64,000 nucleotides of DNA from a virus (lineage: Duplodnaviria; Heunggongvirae; Uroviricota; Caudoviricetes): the IMG/VR virus record IMGVR_UViG_3300027917_000030. One strand, 5' to 3'. A model generated the notes under the pieces. It was not told where the DNA came from, did not search any database, and saw nothing but the letters and a program-made list of their open reading frames with translations. Below, piece after piece: positions 45,320 to 54,646 of the stretch. The position numbers and the translations under genes are program-made. The first letter of the stretch is position 1. Every line of letters starts with the position of its first letter.

Positions 45320-46163
45320 TGTTTTTCCGCCTAATCACAACCAGAGTTGTATCATCTTGCAACCAACCCACCTCACGTTGAATTTTTTGTGCTTTCCTAT
45401 CAAGACGCACGCTGGTTCTATTTACCAGGGCCAACTTTCGGTTAATTGCCTGTTGATTTGAAAAATACCGATCATCAGTCCAGAACTGACTGATTGGTCC
45501 GACCAACTCTTTTTTGCCGGGAATCGCTAGCTCATCAGCCCTTTCAAAATCATCAATGCCGTCAGTAGCAAGCATCAAACTATCAAGTTCATTAGTCGGA
45601 ATAATCCTAACCACTTTAAAATTCAAATCTTTTTCATTTACATTAACAATATATTTCTTTATTAAATTATATGCAATATAGGGCGGAGCATTATTTGCAT
45701 AGGGGCCTAACTTAATGATTTCCCCATTTACCACAACCGTGCCATCGCCTATAGAAATAACGAGAGTGTGCTCGTAACCAATAATGGCAACCAGGCACGT
45801 AAAAAGAAAATATTTCGTAATGCCATTAATTCCTTCAAAAGTGCTCCAGCTGGCTCCTTTTAAATCATTGAGGATTTGTTTTTTCTTATCCTCAAGCTCT
45901 AGATCTAAATCAATCAACCCGGTAGGGTCTATGAAAATATTTGGAGGATTGGAAAATCTTTTCGCAATAATACTTGATCCAAGCTGTGCGCCAACTTCAC
46001 TAAATTCTCCGCTGCCACAACCATCACATACTACCGCTACAATTTCGCCAGCACTCCCATATGCAATCTTAACTGCATCCTGGTTGTTTTTTCCGACATA
46101 CAAATGGTGCCTACCGATCGTAGAACCATGCGCAATTTCAAACAAATCTTTAACTGAAGTCAT
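45288..46163 (-). CDS. PP2C-family Ser/Thr phosphatase
   Basis: AVVCDGCGSGE and LMLATDGIDDF metal-binding aspartate motifs, SpoIIE/PP2C-like. Confidence 0.65.
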   Translation of the reverse strand: MTSVKDLFEIAHGSTIGRHHLYVGKNNQDAVKIAYGSAGEIVAVVCDGCGSGEFSEVGAQLGSSIIAKRFSNPPNIFIDPTGLIDLDLELEDKKKQILNDLKGASWSTFEGINGITKYFLFTCLVAIIGYEHTLVISIGDGTVVVNGEIIKLGPYANNAPPYIAYNLIKKYIVNVNEKDLNFKVVRIIPTNELDSLMLATDGIDDFERADELAIPGKKELVGPISQFWTDDRYFSNQQAINRKLALVNRTSVRLDRKAQKIQREVGWLQDDTTLVVIRRKNNDSLSTGEKT

Positions 46164-47062
46164 TGCACAACCTTTTCGCCGACCAAAGATTCTCTGCTAA
46201 GTGTTGGTGGAAGCTCAGCTTTATGTCTAGTAGCTTTCTCCATTTCACGAACTGCGGCGATTACTTTGCGCTCTTTCGCAGTGTAATCAAGATTGTGAAC
46301 TGGCTCAAATTCTAGCAGACCATCAATAATACCATGTTTATCATTTTCCCTAATCACCCATTCAATAGTTCCCATGGGCTCGTCCGGTCTAGTATACGTT
46401 AGTGGAACTCCGGTCAAATCTTTAAGTTCCTCTTCATCCTTATGGTCGTCACCTGCCCAAAGATCTGGTGTGGGTTCTGCGTCAATCACTTCCTGAGGCA
46501 CTCCGAGATATTTTGCTAGGCTCCACACTTCACTTTTGAACAACCCGGCGATCCAGTTACAATCTACCTCGCCGTCGCCACCCTTTTGATAGAAACGGAT
46601 AAGTTCATCTTCATCCCTGTTACCAGTACCTTGACGAATACCACCTCCAAAAACACGGTTTACAAATCTACCAACAGGAGCACGAAGACAGCTCTTAAAG
46701 CCACCTTCAATAGTCGGATGGTGACCTCTACTCTTGGTTGGTATTCCTAGTCTATCAAATTCTCTATGAACTTTACATATTATACTGTTAAATTCTCCAG
46801 TAAGATCAAGCTCAACCAGCCTAAACTTGAACGTCTCAGAAACAAGTCGTGCAAATTTTTTAGATTCGACTGAAGAATGAATGCAACTATAAACACCAAT
46901 TACATTATCTGGGCCAAATGCTTTACAAGCTAATGCAGCAACTACAGCGCTATCAACACCGCCCGAAATATCAACCTCCGCCTTATCAGTTCCGGCGACT
47001 ACAGCCTGTTCTCTCATTGCCTTAACAACAAGCCTTATAAGTTTCTTGTGATTAGTTATCAT
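46160..47062 (-). CDS. nadE: NH3-dependent NAD+ synthetase
   Basis: PP-loop DISGGVDSAVVAAL (SGGxDS) and C-terminal FYQKGGDGEVD...LTYT. It aligns to E. coli NadE. The start is probably MITNHKK rather than the upstream Met at 47107. Confidence 0.8.
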   Translation of the reverse strand: MITNHKKLIRLVVKAMREQAVVAGTDKAEVDISGGVDSAVVAALACKAFGPDNVIGVYSCIHSSVESKKFARLVSETFKFRLVELDLTGEFNSIICKVHREFDRLGIPTKSRGHHPTIEGGFKSCLRAPVGRFVNRVFGGGIRQGTGNRDEDELIRFYQKGGDGEVDCNWIAGLFKSEVWSLAKYLGVPQEVIDAEPTPDLWAGDDHKDEEELKDLTGVPLTYTRPDEPMGTIEWVIRENDKHGIIDGLLEFEPVHNLDYTAKERKVIAAVREMEKATRHKAELPPTLSRESLVGEKVVQ

Positions 47063-47366
47063 AATCTCTCCCAGACAATGTGCCCGAAACATCAACAGCA
47101 ATATCAATGCCTTTTTTTAATGCTAAAGTCTGGATTTCCTTTAAATCTTTTTCAGAAGTACCTTCAAGATTACTAACTATATAGAGTAATTGAATTCTGG
47201 TTGCTTCGGCTGCAGAATATCCCATGACCAGACCGTTCTTTAAATTTTTCATAATATGTCTGGCATACGTCTGAGCATACGGTTTAAATTCAACTTTGTC
47301 TTCATCTTGCCTATCAACAATATTGATAATTCTACGTTGGAATTCTTCCCACTCTGAAAAATTCAT
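47052..47366 (-). CDS. Hypothetical protein (104 aa)
   Basis: ORF. Confidence 0.3.
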   Translation of the reverse strand: MNFSEWEEFQRRIINIVDRQDEDKVEFKPYAQTYARHIMKNLKNGLVMGYSAAEATRIQLLYIVSNLEGTSEKDLKEIQTLALKKGIDIAVDVSGTLSGRDYDN

Positions 47367-47375
47367 TCGGAACTC

Positions 47376-47978
47376 CTAACTACTAATAATTTCCTGCGCC
47401 TTGTCAGGAAGCTTAGCTTTTACTTTATCAATCCACTGTTGTGTTTTTGCTTTGTACATTACTATCCTAGATTTTTGAATGTTCTTCCCAACAACACCCT
47501 CAAAGGTAACACCCGCAACCTCGTTTTGTCTAACCCTATCTATGAATCCAGGAGTCCAATTAAACTCACCAAGATATTCCGGTCCAAAATCTCCAAACAC
47601 TTTAAGGAACTCCCTTGGTGGCAAAATCCCCTTTCTGTGGATGGAAACATCAAAAACGGTAAGACGCTTTGGATCTCCATCAACATGATATCCAGCAAAA
47701 CTCTCTTTGCCCCAAAATTCTGCAAACACCACGACCTTTTCCCATCTGTTGTCCACGCATATCTTGGCAAGAGGCTCTGCCAACTCTCTGTGGAAAATAG
47801 GAATGGCTTCCCCAAACTGAGGATCAGTCTCGTCAAAGAGCCGGCGCCGGGTTCCAAACTTAAACCACCCGCGTTTCTTTGTCCACTCAAATCGTAAGTT
47901 TGATCCATCGAGTTTATCGAATGTATGAAGTTTTACCAATCCCTTAAGAAACTTAGGAATACTTGGATAGGATTTCAC
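47376..47978 (-). CDS. Rnl2-type RNA ligase adenylyltransferase domain (stand-alone, 200 aa)
   Basis: YPSIPKF (compare T4 Rnl2 YSSLENH), motif I DKLDGSNLRF (Rnl2 EKIHGTNFS), motif III FAEFWG (FGEFAG), VFDV (VFDI), motif IV EGVVGK (EGYVLK), and motif V VMYKAK (AIKCKN). Confidence 0.6.
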   Translation of the reverse strand: MKSYPSIPKFLKGLVKLHTFDKLDGSNLRFEWTKKRGWFKFGTRRRLFDETDPQFGEAIPIFHRELAEPLAKICVDNRWEKVVVFAEFWGKESFAGYHVDGDPKRLTVFDVSIHRKGILPPREFLKVFGDFGPEYLGEFNWTPGFIDRVRQNEVAGVTFEGVVGKNIQKSRIVMYKAKTQQWIDKVKAKLPDKAQEIISS

Positions 47979-48314
47979 CTACTCCTCCAGCAACTTGTCA
48001 AAACCATTCTCAATTTCAAAATCTGTTACCAACTGCTTTACTTTTCTATACTCTGAGAAAGTTTCAACCTTGGCTCCTTTTTTAATAAGTATTGATGGCC
48101 GAGCACCTGTTATTCTTTTGTTTTCAACATATCTTGAAATCACATTAGTGCATGCATAAATAACCAACCCAGGGAGAAAGATGGGCCAAAGTATAGTACT
48201 AAAAATTCTAGCCTCTTCATTCCAGTCAGTATGCTCATCAGCAAAAAACCAAGTAAGGCCAGCCAAGCCGCTATATAATATAAGGGAGCCTGCTATTATA
48301 AAACTAATCATCAT
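47979..48314 (-). CDS. Small membrane protein (111 aa)
   Basis: Two TM helices. Confidence 0.3.
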   Translation of the reverse strand: MMISFIIAGSLILYSGLAGLTWFFADEHTDWNEEARIFSTILWPIFLPGLVIYACTNVISRYVENKRITGARPSILIKKGAKVETFSEYRKVKQLVTDFEIENGFDKLLEE

Positions 48315-48871
48315 ATCTTCTTCTCCCGAACATCTTTCAGAAAATTATCAAACTCGTTTCGTTCTTTATTCTTGGGAAGATCATACACAATCACTCTATG
48401 ATAATCTCCGAGGATTGCCCCAATAATGGGCTCAACTACATCCCAATTACCTCCAGCCAAGCCGCAACCAATTCTTGGCATATGAATTGAGGCGTTTGGG
48501 AGATATGTTTTATCCATTCCCATCTTAACAGTATTAAGACTATCAATCCATTTCTTGAGGTCCGTTAAACAATGAACTAATGCCCCATAGTCAAGAGCGA
48601 CGGGATTGTCTTCAGAAACATACTTATGTTGCGCAGCCATATTGGCTACATATAATCTACCATGTTCATCCTTAACTGGCACCACTTGAACCTCACCAAG
48701 CGTAAGACCCCCCCACGCTCGATAATGGGCTTCTGGCTGTGGCCAGCGTTTAGATAGAGCAACTACAAAGCCCGATCCCCATCCGTGTTGATCATTTACT
48801 ATGTGTGCTATTACGCGTAACCCATCGGTTGCCGTTGGTTTAGTAGCATCACCTGTAACATAATCAATCAT
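48311..48871 (-). CDS. Macro domain protein (ADP-ribose binding/processing)
   Basis: VIAHIVNDQHGWGSGFVVAL and PRIGCGLAGGNWDVV match the macro-domain motifs (..VNCVG..GAGLA.. and ..PLIGAGLGGLDW..) of the DarG/TARG1-like branch. Confidence 0.55.
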   Translation of the reverse strand: MIDYVTGDATKPTATDGLRVIAHIVNDQHGWGSGFVVALSKRWPQPEAHYRAWGGLTLGEVQVVPVKDEHGRLYVANMAAQHKYVSEDNPVALDYGALVHCLTDLKKWIDSLNTVKMGMDKTYLPNASIHMPRIGCGLAGGNWDVVEPIIGAILGDYHRVIVYDLPKNKERNEFDNFLKDVREKKI

Positions 48872-49335
48872 GATTCTTTCCTCACTACCCGCGTCACCAC
48901 TCGACGCTCGTTTTTAATCTCAATGTACAACTCACGCATGGTTTCCTCTTCCTTGACAATTTGCTGCTCAAGGAATGGCTTGTAGCACTCAAGTTTCCGC
49001 TTGTTGCCACTTTCCTCCAACTCTTCAAGTTCTTGTCTCAAATCCTGAAGTTTGTTATTGTGGTAGGCAAATTGAGCCGCCCTGGGGGCGTCAGCAAACT
49101 CCCGCTGGAAATCCAATGATCGTTGCTCTTGCTCGCTTATATCACGAGGCGGGCAGTGTGCAAGTCTGTCTGCACGTGCTCCGCGTTTCATGAGTTGAAA
49201 CAGTCGCTCACTCGCACGGTTTTTGAGATCTGTGGTATCTACCTTTCTTGCTTTCGGCTTAACACTATACCGATACAATATGGCGCCGGGAAGTATTGCA
49301 TGACCCTTGGAATCTCTTTTGATGTTTTTGCTCAT
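48868..49335 (-). CDS. Hypothetical charged protein (155 aa)
   Basis: ORF. Confidence 0.3.
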   Translation of the reverse strand: MSKNIKRDSKGHAILPGAILYRYSVKPKARKVDTTDLKNRASERLFQLMKRGARADRLAHCPPRDISEQEQRSLDFQREFADAPRAAQFAYHNNKLQDLRQELEELEESGNKRKLECYKPFLEQQIVKEEETMRELYIEIKNERRVVTRVVRKES

Positions 49336-50066
49336 TTTTGTCCTATGTCTGGTTTGGAGTCGTCATAAACTCTGTGAGCCTTGACTTGAACAATTTCCAT
49401 TTCAGGATAGCGTAACGATGTTAAATGTCCACCAAAAACACAACCCGTGTCAATCCCGTAAGTTCCGTTTAAAATACGAGGCTCTCTGTACGGCTGATGC
49501 CCGTACACTATAATTGGTTCTGTTTCCTTCCTATCAATTACCCAATCAATACGATCAGGTAGCCCATTAGGTAAGGTCTTGCCTGTGGTAGGAGCATACA
49601 AGCACCATGACCTACACTTCTTATCGAAGGGATCTTTATCCTTTAAACCACTGTGCCAAGCCCCATGAACGGCGATTAACTTTCCTTCATCAAGTAGGTG
49701 GTACATAGGCATGTTACGCAAAAAATTGTAAACTTCCTGCTTGGAAGTAAACAACTTTATCTCTTCTACAGTTTTATCCAGCCCGTGATTTAGAACTACA
49801 TTGTTTCCCTTTGCCCAACGCATGAGCTTATCATCATGATTGCCGCGTGCTAGTAATGCAAAGTCTGCTCGCACCATATTTCTCACCGTACAGAACACAA
49901 CGCCAGATGCTCGCCCACGGTCAATTAAATCACCAAGGAAAACTGCCTTCCTACCTTTAGGGGGGTTATAAACCATGCCAAGTTTTGCTTGCTCATAACC
50001 AAGCTTTTCTAACAGCAAGTGAAGTTCATAAGCACATCCGTGAATATCTCCAATGATGTCATACAT
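49332..50066 (-). CDS. PPP-family metallophosphatase (lambda-phosphatase/ApaH-like)
   Basis: GDIHGCAYEL, FLGDLIDRG and RGNHD are the GDxHG/GDxxDRG/GNHE signature. Confidence 0.7.
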   Translation of the reverse strand: MYDIIGDIHGCAYELHLLLEKLGYEQAKLGMVYNPPKGRKAVFLGDLIDRGRASGVVFCTVRNMVRADFALLARGNHDDKLMRWAKGNNVVLNHGLDKTVEEIKLFTSKQEVYNFLRNMPMYHLLDEGKLIAVHGAWHSGLKDKDPFDKKCRSWCLYAPTTGKTLPNGLPDRIDWVIDRKETEPIIVYGHQPYREPRILNGTYGIDTGCVFGGHLTSLRYPEMEIVQVKAHRVYDDSKPDIGQK

Positions 50067-50234
50067 CTTTAGACTTATCCCAATATTTTGTCGCTTGTGT
50101 TAGGAAATAGAAAGACGCAATTATCCACCCGAGTCCATTTGTAAATGGGTAAGAGGCACTACTAAAACCAAGTACAGCATTAAGAAGTGCACAGATAAAT
50201 CCTATCACCATTGCAATAAACATTAATATCTCCC

Positions 50235-51314
50235 TTAGAAATTAAGCGGATCTTCACAATATTGTCCAGGCATCAATTGCGTTCTACGGATAATTTCCTC
50301 AGCATCAAGTTCATGCATACCTACAACACCAGCCCTAACAGTCTTTTCGTGGACCATAGTGGCTATGGCTGCTACAGTATATCCTGTTGCCTGCGACATC
50401 GCTGAGAATCCAGTGTCACCATCATACTCCCAATAGAACTCCCGTGAAGCCTGAGTATCAAACCCATAAAGACGCACACACAAAATAATCACATCTGGAT
50501 TATCCGGACCAACTTCTTCCAGCATACCATCTAATGTTGCTATCGGATCGGGCTGGCTGAGAATATACTTTTCCAAGTACTCCATATGTCCTGGATATCT
50601 TAAAGTTTTATAACTCAGATTCTTGAGTTTTAAATGTTCTGGTGCAACTGAAAGCCCGCCAGAAGTAACCACAGCCTCTAGTACGCCAAACCCTGGAATA
50701 AACAAAAGTTCCTTGTTACTACGGGCTGGAACATTTACAAGTTTACCATCTCGGATTTCTTGAGCCAATCCGCTAAATTCCTTGATAACTCCAGCAGGAT
50801 AAAACATCTTGCTATAACTTAAAGGGAGTTTGGGAAACTTAGGAATTCCCCCACAAAAGATTTCAATGGAGTCCCAACCCTCTCTCTGATAAAAGCCAGC
50901 CAAAGATGCAACAATGCCTGGAGCCAAACCACAATCTGGAATTATAGTAACCCTGCGCGTTAGAGCCTCAATCTCCTCCTGGAATTGTTGTTTCACTATA
51001 GAAGTAACGCCTCCCAAGTCAACCATATTCCAACCATTCGCTATACATGTTCTGGTAACAGAAAGATTGTATTCAGTCGGCAGGCAACTGATAAGAGTTA
51101 GATTACCAAACTTATCTAAAAGGTCCATTTCCCAACCAGGCCCATGCCAATACTCCAGACGGTCATAATCAGCCCTATGTTTATATTGGTTCGCAATTTT
51201 TTCAGGAAGTGATTTTTTCAGATCAACAATCGTAATATCTTCTTTAGTTTGTGTCATAAGATAGTGCAGAATAGCCTGCCCCTGGATGCCAAGACCACCT
51301 AAAATTAAATACAT
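50235..51314 (-). CDS. Saccharopine-dehydrogenase-like NAD(P)-binding oxidoreductase (possibly carboxynorspermidine/lysine dehydrogenase-like)
   Basis: N-terminal LILGGLGIQGQAIL Rossmann motif and PDCGLAPG. Confidence 0.4.
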   Translation of the reverse strand: MYLILGGLGIQGQAILHYLMTQTKEDITIVDLKKSLPEKIANQYKHRADYDRLEYWHGPGWEMDLLDKFGNLTLISCLPTEYNLSVTRTCIANGWNMVDLGGVTSIVKQQFQEEIEALTRRVTIIPDCGLAPGIVASLAGFYQREGWDSIEIFCGGIPKFPKLPLSYSKMFYPAGVIKEFSGLAQEIRDGKLVNVPARSNKELLFIPGFGVLEAVVTSGGLSVAPEHLKLKNLSYKTLRYPGHMEYLEKYILSQPDPIATLDGMLEEVGPDNPDVIILCVRLYGFDTQASREFYWEYDGDTGFSAMSQATGYTVAAIATMVHEKTVRAGVVGMHELDAEEIIRRTQLMPGQYCEDPLNF

Positions 51315-52666
51315 AACTCTTCTCCATATTCTGTTTCCAATTTGGAAAGCATTTCATCAATTGACATTTGAGTCGTGATTTGCCCATCCAATAACATCTG
51401 ATCCAGCCTATCCTTAATAATACCCACTTTTGGTCCAGGAGAAACCTCGAATCTTTTCATAATCCTCTCGCCAACACCCTTTGGTAATTTAGGGCGAAGA
51501 TCTTCTTCTCGCATATTTCCTAAGGCTTCCTTCAAAAGGCGTGCATGTGCCTGTTGCCTTTCCTGAATGCTCTTTTTCTTCGAGGAACAATCGGCTGCAA
51601 ACAGATCGATCAGATCGTCAATTGAACAATGCCTTTCTTCACAGTCCCTAACCAATCGGCGCAAAGCGTTCTTACTAACGGGCGGATCGTTTCTTCTGGT
51701 TACAATATCCCCAATCCGCTGATGTAAAGCAACAAGACCAATAATTGCACTGGATTGTTCATTGGACATTTTCAACCGTCTCGTTAACCCTTGGACGATT
51801 TCCGCCCCCAAATATTCGTGCTGAAAAAAATGAACTTCCCTTTTATCTTCAAATCGAGTTTGTGGCTTTGCAACATCGTGTAGCAAAGCAGCCCAGCGTA
51901 GATTCAACCTGGAAGAAGTGCCTCCAACCACCTTTTTAGTGTGTAGCCAAAGATCTTTACTGGGTAAATTGCCGTCACTTTTTAGTGTAATTGGAAATAG
52001 TTCTGGCAAAATATAACCAAGCAGTCTGGTTTGATATAACAGTTCCAGACCTTTGACAGCATGTTGCCCAAGCAAGAGTTTATTCATTTCCTCCAACCAC
52101 CGCTCACGACTTACCGACATTATTGCATGTGCGAAGGAACAAAGGATAGACTTGGTGTGCTTGTGCAGATTAAATCCCAACTGAGAAACAAACCTTACAG
52201 CACGCAGCATTCTGAGCGGGTCCTCTCCAAAGCGACTTGCTGGAGAGCCCGTAGTTTTGATCAGCCTATTAGCCAAATCTTTAGCACCATTAAACGGATC
52301 GATAAGGCTGCCCTTCTCATCCATGGCAATACTATTTATCGTGAAGTCGCGTCGCTCCAAATCTGTTTTTAAATTTGTAGTAAAGGAAACCTCTGGATGC
52401 CGACCTGCAGTCATATCCTTACGATGGGTGGTGATCTCTACTTCCATACCGTCTACAAAGGCCGCTATCGTCCCAAATTTTTCTCCTAATGGCCAGTGTT
52501 TAAAGCCATTGGTTTCTAGAATTCTTTGCGTATCTTGTGGCAAAGCATCGGTCGTAAAATCATAATCTTTAGGCTCTCTGCCCAAAAGTACATCTCTGAC
52601 AGATCCACCAACATGGTATAGTTTTTTATTATTTTTACGGAAGGCTTCGAATAATCCCTCAAACAT
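51305..52666 (-). CDS. cca: CCA-adding enzyme / tRNA nucleotidyltransferase with HD domain
   Basis: GGSVRDVLLGREPKDYDFTTDA (head domain), RDFTINSIA, and a C-terminal HD motif (ALLHDVAKP). The start was trimmed to MFEGLFEAF to avoid overlap with the CYTH gene. Confidence 0.8.
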   Translation of the reverse strand: MFEGLFEAFRKNNKKLYHVGGSVRDVLLGREPKDYDFTTDALPQDTQRILETNGFKHWPLGEKFGTIAAFVDGMEVEITTHRKDMTAGRHPEVSFTTNLKTDLERRDFTINSIAMDEKGSLIDPFNGAKDLANRLIKTTGSPASRFGEDPLRMLRAVRFVSQLGFNLHKHTKSILCSFAHAIMSVSRERWLEEMNKLLLGQHAVKGLELLYQTRLLGYILPELFPITLKSDGNLPSKDLWLHTKKVVGGTSSRLNLRWAALLHDVAKPQTRFEDKREVHFFQHEYLGAEIVQGLTRRLKMSNEQSSAIIGLVALHQRIGDIVTRRNDPPVSKNALRRLVRDCEERHCSIDDLIDLFAADCSSKKKSIQERQQAHARLLKEALGNMREEDLRPKLPKGVGERIMKRFEVSPGPKVGIIKDRLDQMLLDGQITTQMSIDEMLSKLETEYGEELCI

Positions 52667-52667
52667 T

Positions 52668-53171
52668 TTACTCTCCAATAAGACCTCCAACATATTTGAG
52701 GCCATCCCGTGCCAGACTATAATTGGAAAATCCTTCATGCTCTGTAACCTCTGCCCCAAGCCAAGATGGAATAAGAAAGGCGTCATCCTCGTGAAATAGT
52801 TCTATCTCCGCCATAATCAATCCATCCAGAGGTCCTTGAAACACATCAACTTCCCATCTATTCCCAACATCACAGGATGATTCGCTTAAATCTATGGTAT
52901 ATCGTATTTTGTGGAGTTCAAATGCACAAACATCGCGCATTAAAATTAGAGCCTCCTCCGTTTTAATTGGAACATTGATCTCCAATCTTTTTCGCATATT
53001 TTTATCAAGAGGCTTACTCTTAATGGTAAGTTCGGCTCCGCGTGAAATCCTAACACGAACGCAAGCATTTTCCGCAGGAATATACCCTTGCGAAATTGGC
53101 TCTACGTGAAGAGGTGGTATGGATCTCCATCCGTCGGAAGCAACCAAAAATTTTCTTTCAATTTCGTACAT
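52668..53171 (-). CDS. CYTH-domain protein (triphosphate tunnel metalloenzyme)
   Basis: N-terminal EIERKFLV signature and downstream acidic EIELF-type motifs. Confidence 0.6.
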   Translation of the reverse strand: MYEIERKFLVASDGWRSIPPLHVEPISQGYIPAENACVRVRISRGAELTIKSKPLDKNMRKRLEINVPIKTEEALILMRDVCAFELHKIRYTIDLSESSCDVGNRWEVDVFQGPLDGLIMAEIELFHEDDAFLIPSWLGAEVTEHEGFSNYSLARDGLKYVGGLIGE

Positions 53172-53172
53172 A

Positions 53173-53613
53173 CTAATCCTTTAAATATCTTTTAACCACC
53201 CGTTTATCACGAATGGTATCGGTTCCATTACTAAAGACTCTTTCTGCCGATTTAGCAGTCTTATGAAGTTCATATGGAGTATGATAACAGGGAGTTAATC
53301 GCCCGCCCCAACGGTTAAGTTTGTCTCCATAACTAAGTTTTCTGACAAAGATCTTCTCTGGTACCCCAAATTGGGTCGCAGTAACATCTATAATTCTACC
53401 ATTATAGACATTAAACATATGACCTTCGCCCTCTGCCATAACAACTTTAATACCTTTTCTTCTACAGGCTAAATAAAGTTGAACAGATGCGCGACCACAA
53501 TATCCGCCAAGATCTCCTGGAACATCCCCATACGAACCTTCCTTTTTCTCGATCTCTTCAAACGCCTTACGGATTTTACGAGCAATTGATTTTACTTCTC
53601 TGAGACTCATCAT
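53173..53613 (-). CDS. Hypothetical protein (146 aa)
   Basis: ORF. Confidence 0.3.
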   Translation of the reverse strand: MMSLREVKSIARKIRKAFEEIEKKEGSYGDVPGDLGGYCGRASVQLYLACRRKGIKVVMAEGEGHMFNVYNGRIIDVTATQFGVPEKIFVRKLSYGDKLNRWGGRLTPCYHTPYELHKTAKSAERVFSNGTDTIRDKRVVKRYLKD

Positions 53614-53838
53614 TATCCCCTTAGTCCCCTGGTTCTACTCACATAAAACCAGGGGGTTAAATTTTACAGACCCAGAGCAGCATAAAGCCGACGAGTCTCC
53701 CAAGCCTTCAGTGCGGCTTGACGACGCTTTCGAGCCTTGGCACGACGAGTGCGCCATGCCTTGCGGGCTGCCTCGCTTCGTACATCCCGTTGTACAGATC
53801 TACTCATGCTTTCCTCCTTTCATCAGATTTGGAGCATA

Positions 53839-54156
53839 TCACTCCAGTTCAAAAGTTTCCTTGAGGATATTACAGATCTTCTGCGCTTCCTCCTTGCTTT
53901 TAATATTAAAATAAGAGAATCTGCTATACATTCCACCAAAGTTTTTAAAACTTGCCAGCATTACCTTCGACGAACTAAATTCATCCTCCTTATCCTGAAA
54001 GACAAACCCCAGAGAAACCCAAGGGCCGCCGCGAGAGATTACATGTTTAAATACCTCGCGACGATGTTGGACCCCCAACTTTTCGTAATTGGCGGATAAT
54101 TCGTCAACTGTTTTTGCCCTCATATGCGTGGTCTTTTTTATAATTGAATCTTTCAT
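53839..54156 (-). CDS. Hypothetical protein (105 aa)
   Basis: ORF. Confidence 0.3.
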   Translation of the reverse strand: MKDSIIKKTTHMRAKTVDELSANYEKLGVQHRREVFKHVISRGGPWVSLGFVFQDKEDEFSSSKVMLASFKNFGGMYSRFSYFNIKSKEEAQKICNILKETFELE

Positions 54157-54355
54157 ACCTTCTCTGGAAAGTCTATTCCAAGTTGACTATTGCTGATGGA
54201 GCGAACGAATAATACCTTTGGCTTGTGACTATTATCGGTCACCCGTAATCGAATCCCACTTTTTGTCCTGGAGACATACAACATATGAATTTTATCCAAC
54301 TTATATATAACCATATCTGGATTAGTCGACGAGATGCTCCAATGACCTTTAGACA

Positions 54356-54637
54356 TTAGTCCCCTTCTTCTGTAATAACTCCATGAATATCTTCAACATC
54401 TACTAAGACGAGATCTTTAGAAAGCCCCAATCCAACTACTTTCCCCAACTCTGTTGGGAAAACTACAATGTGTCCAAGATAACTTTCCATCACGATATCT
54501 GGATCACACTCTACTACTGACCCTTTTGAGTAGTAAGGCTTGTCATCTTCGACTACCATAAATCCGCCAGTGTCTTTTTCTTTCTCACCTTGTACCAACT
54601 TCACAAGGATTTTCGAACCAACAGGTGAAAGTTTCAT
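54356..54637 (-). CDS. groS: Co-chaperonin GroES (Hsp10)
   Basis: 93 aa, MKLSPVGSKILVKL...GEKEKDTGGFMV...GSVVECD, a typical GroES pattern. Confidence 0.8.
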   Translation of the reverse strand: MKLSPVGSKILVKLVQGEKEKDTGGFMVVEDDKPYYSKGSVVECDPDIVMESYLGHIVVFPTELGKVVGLGLSKDLVLVDVEDIHGVITEEGD

Positions 54638-54646
54638 ATAACCTCC

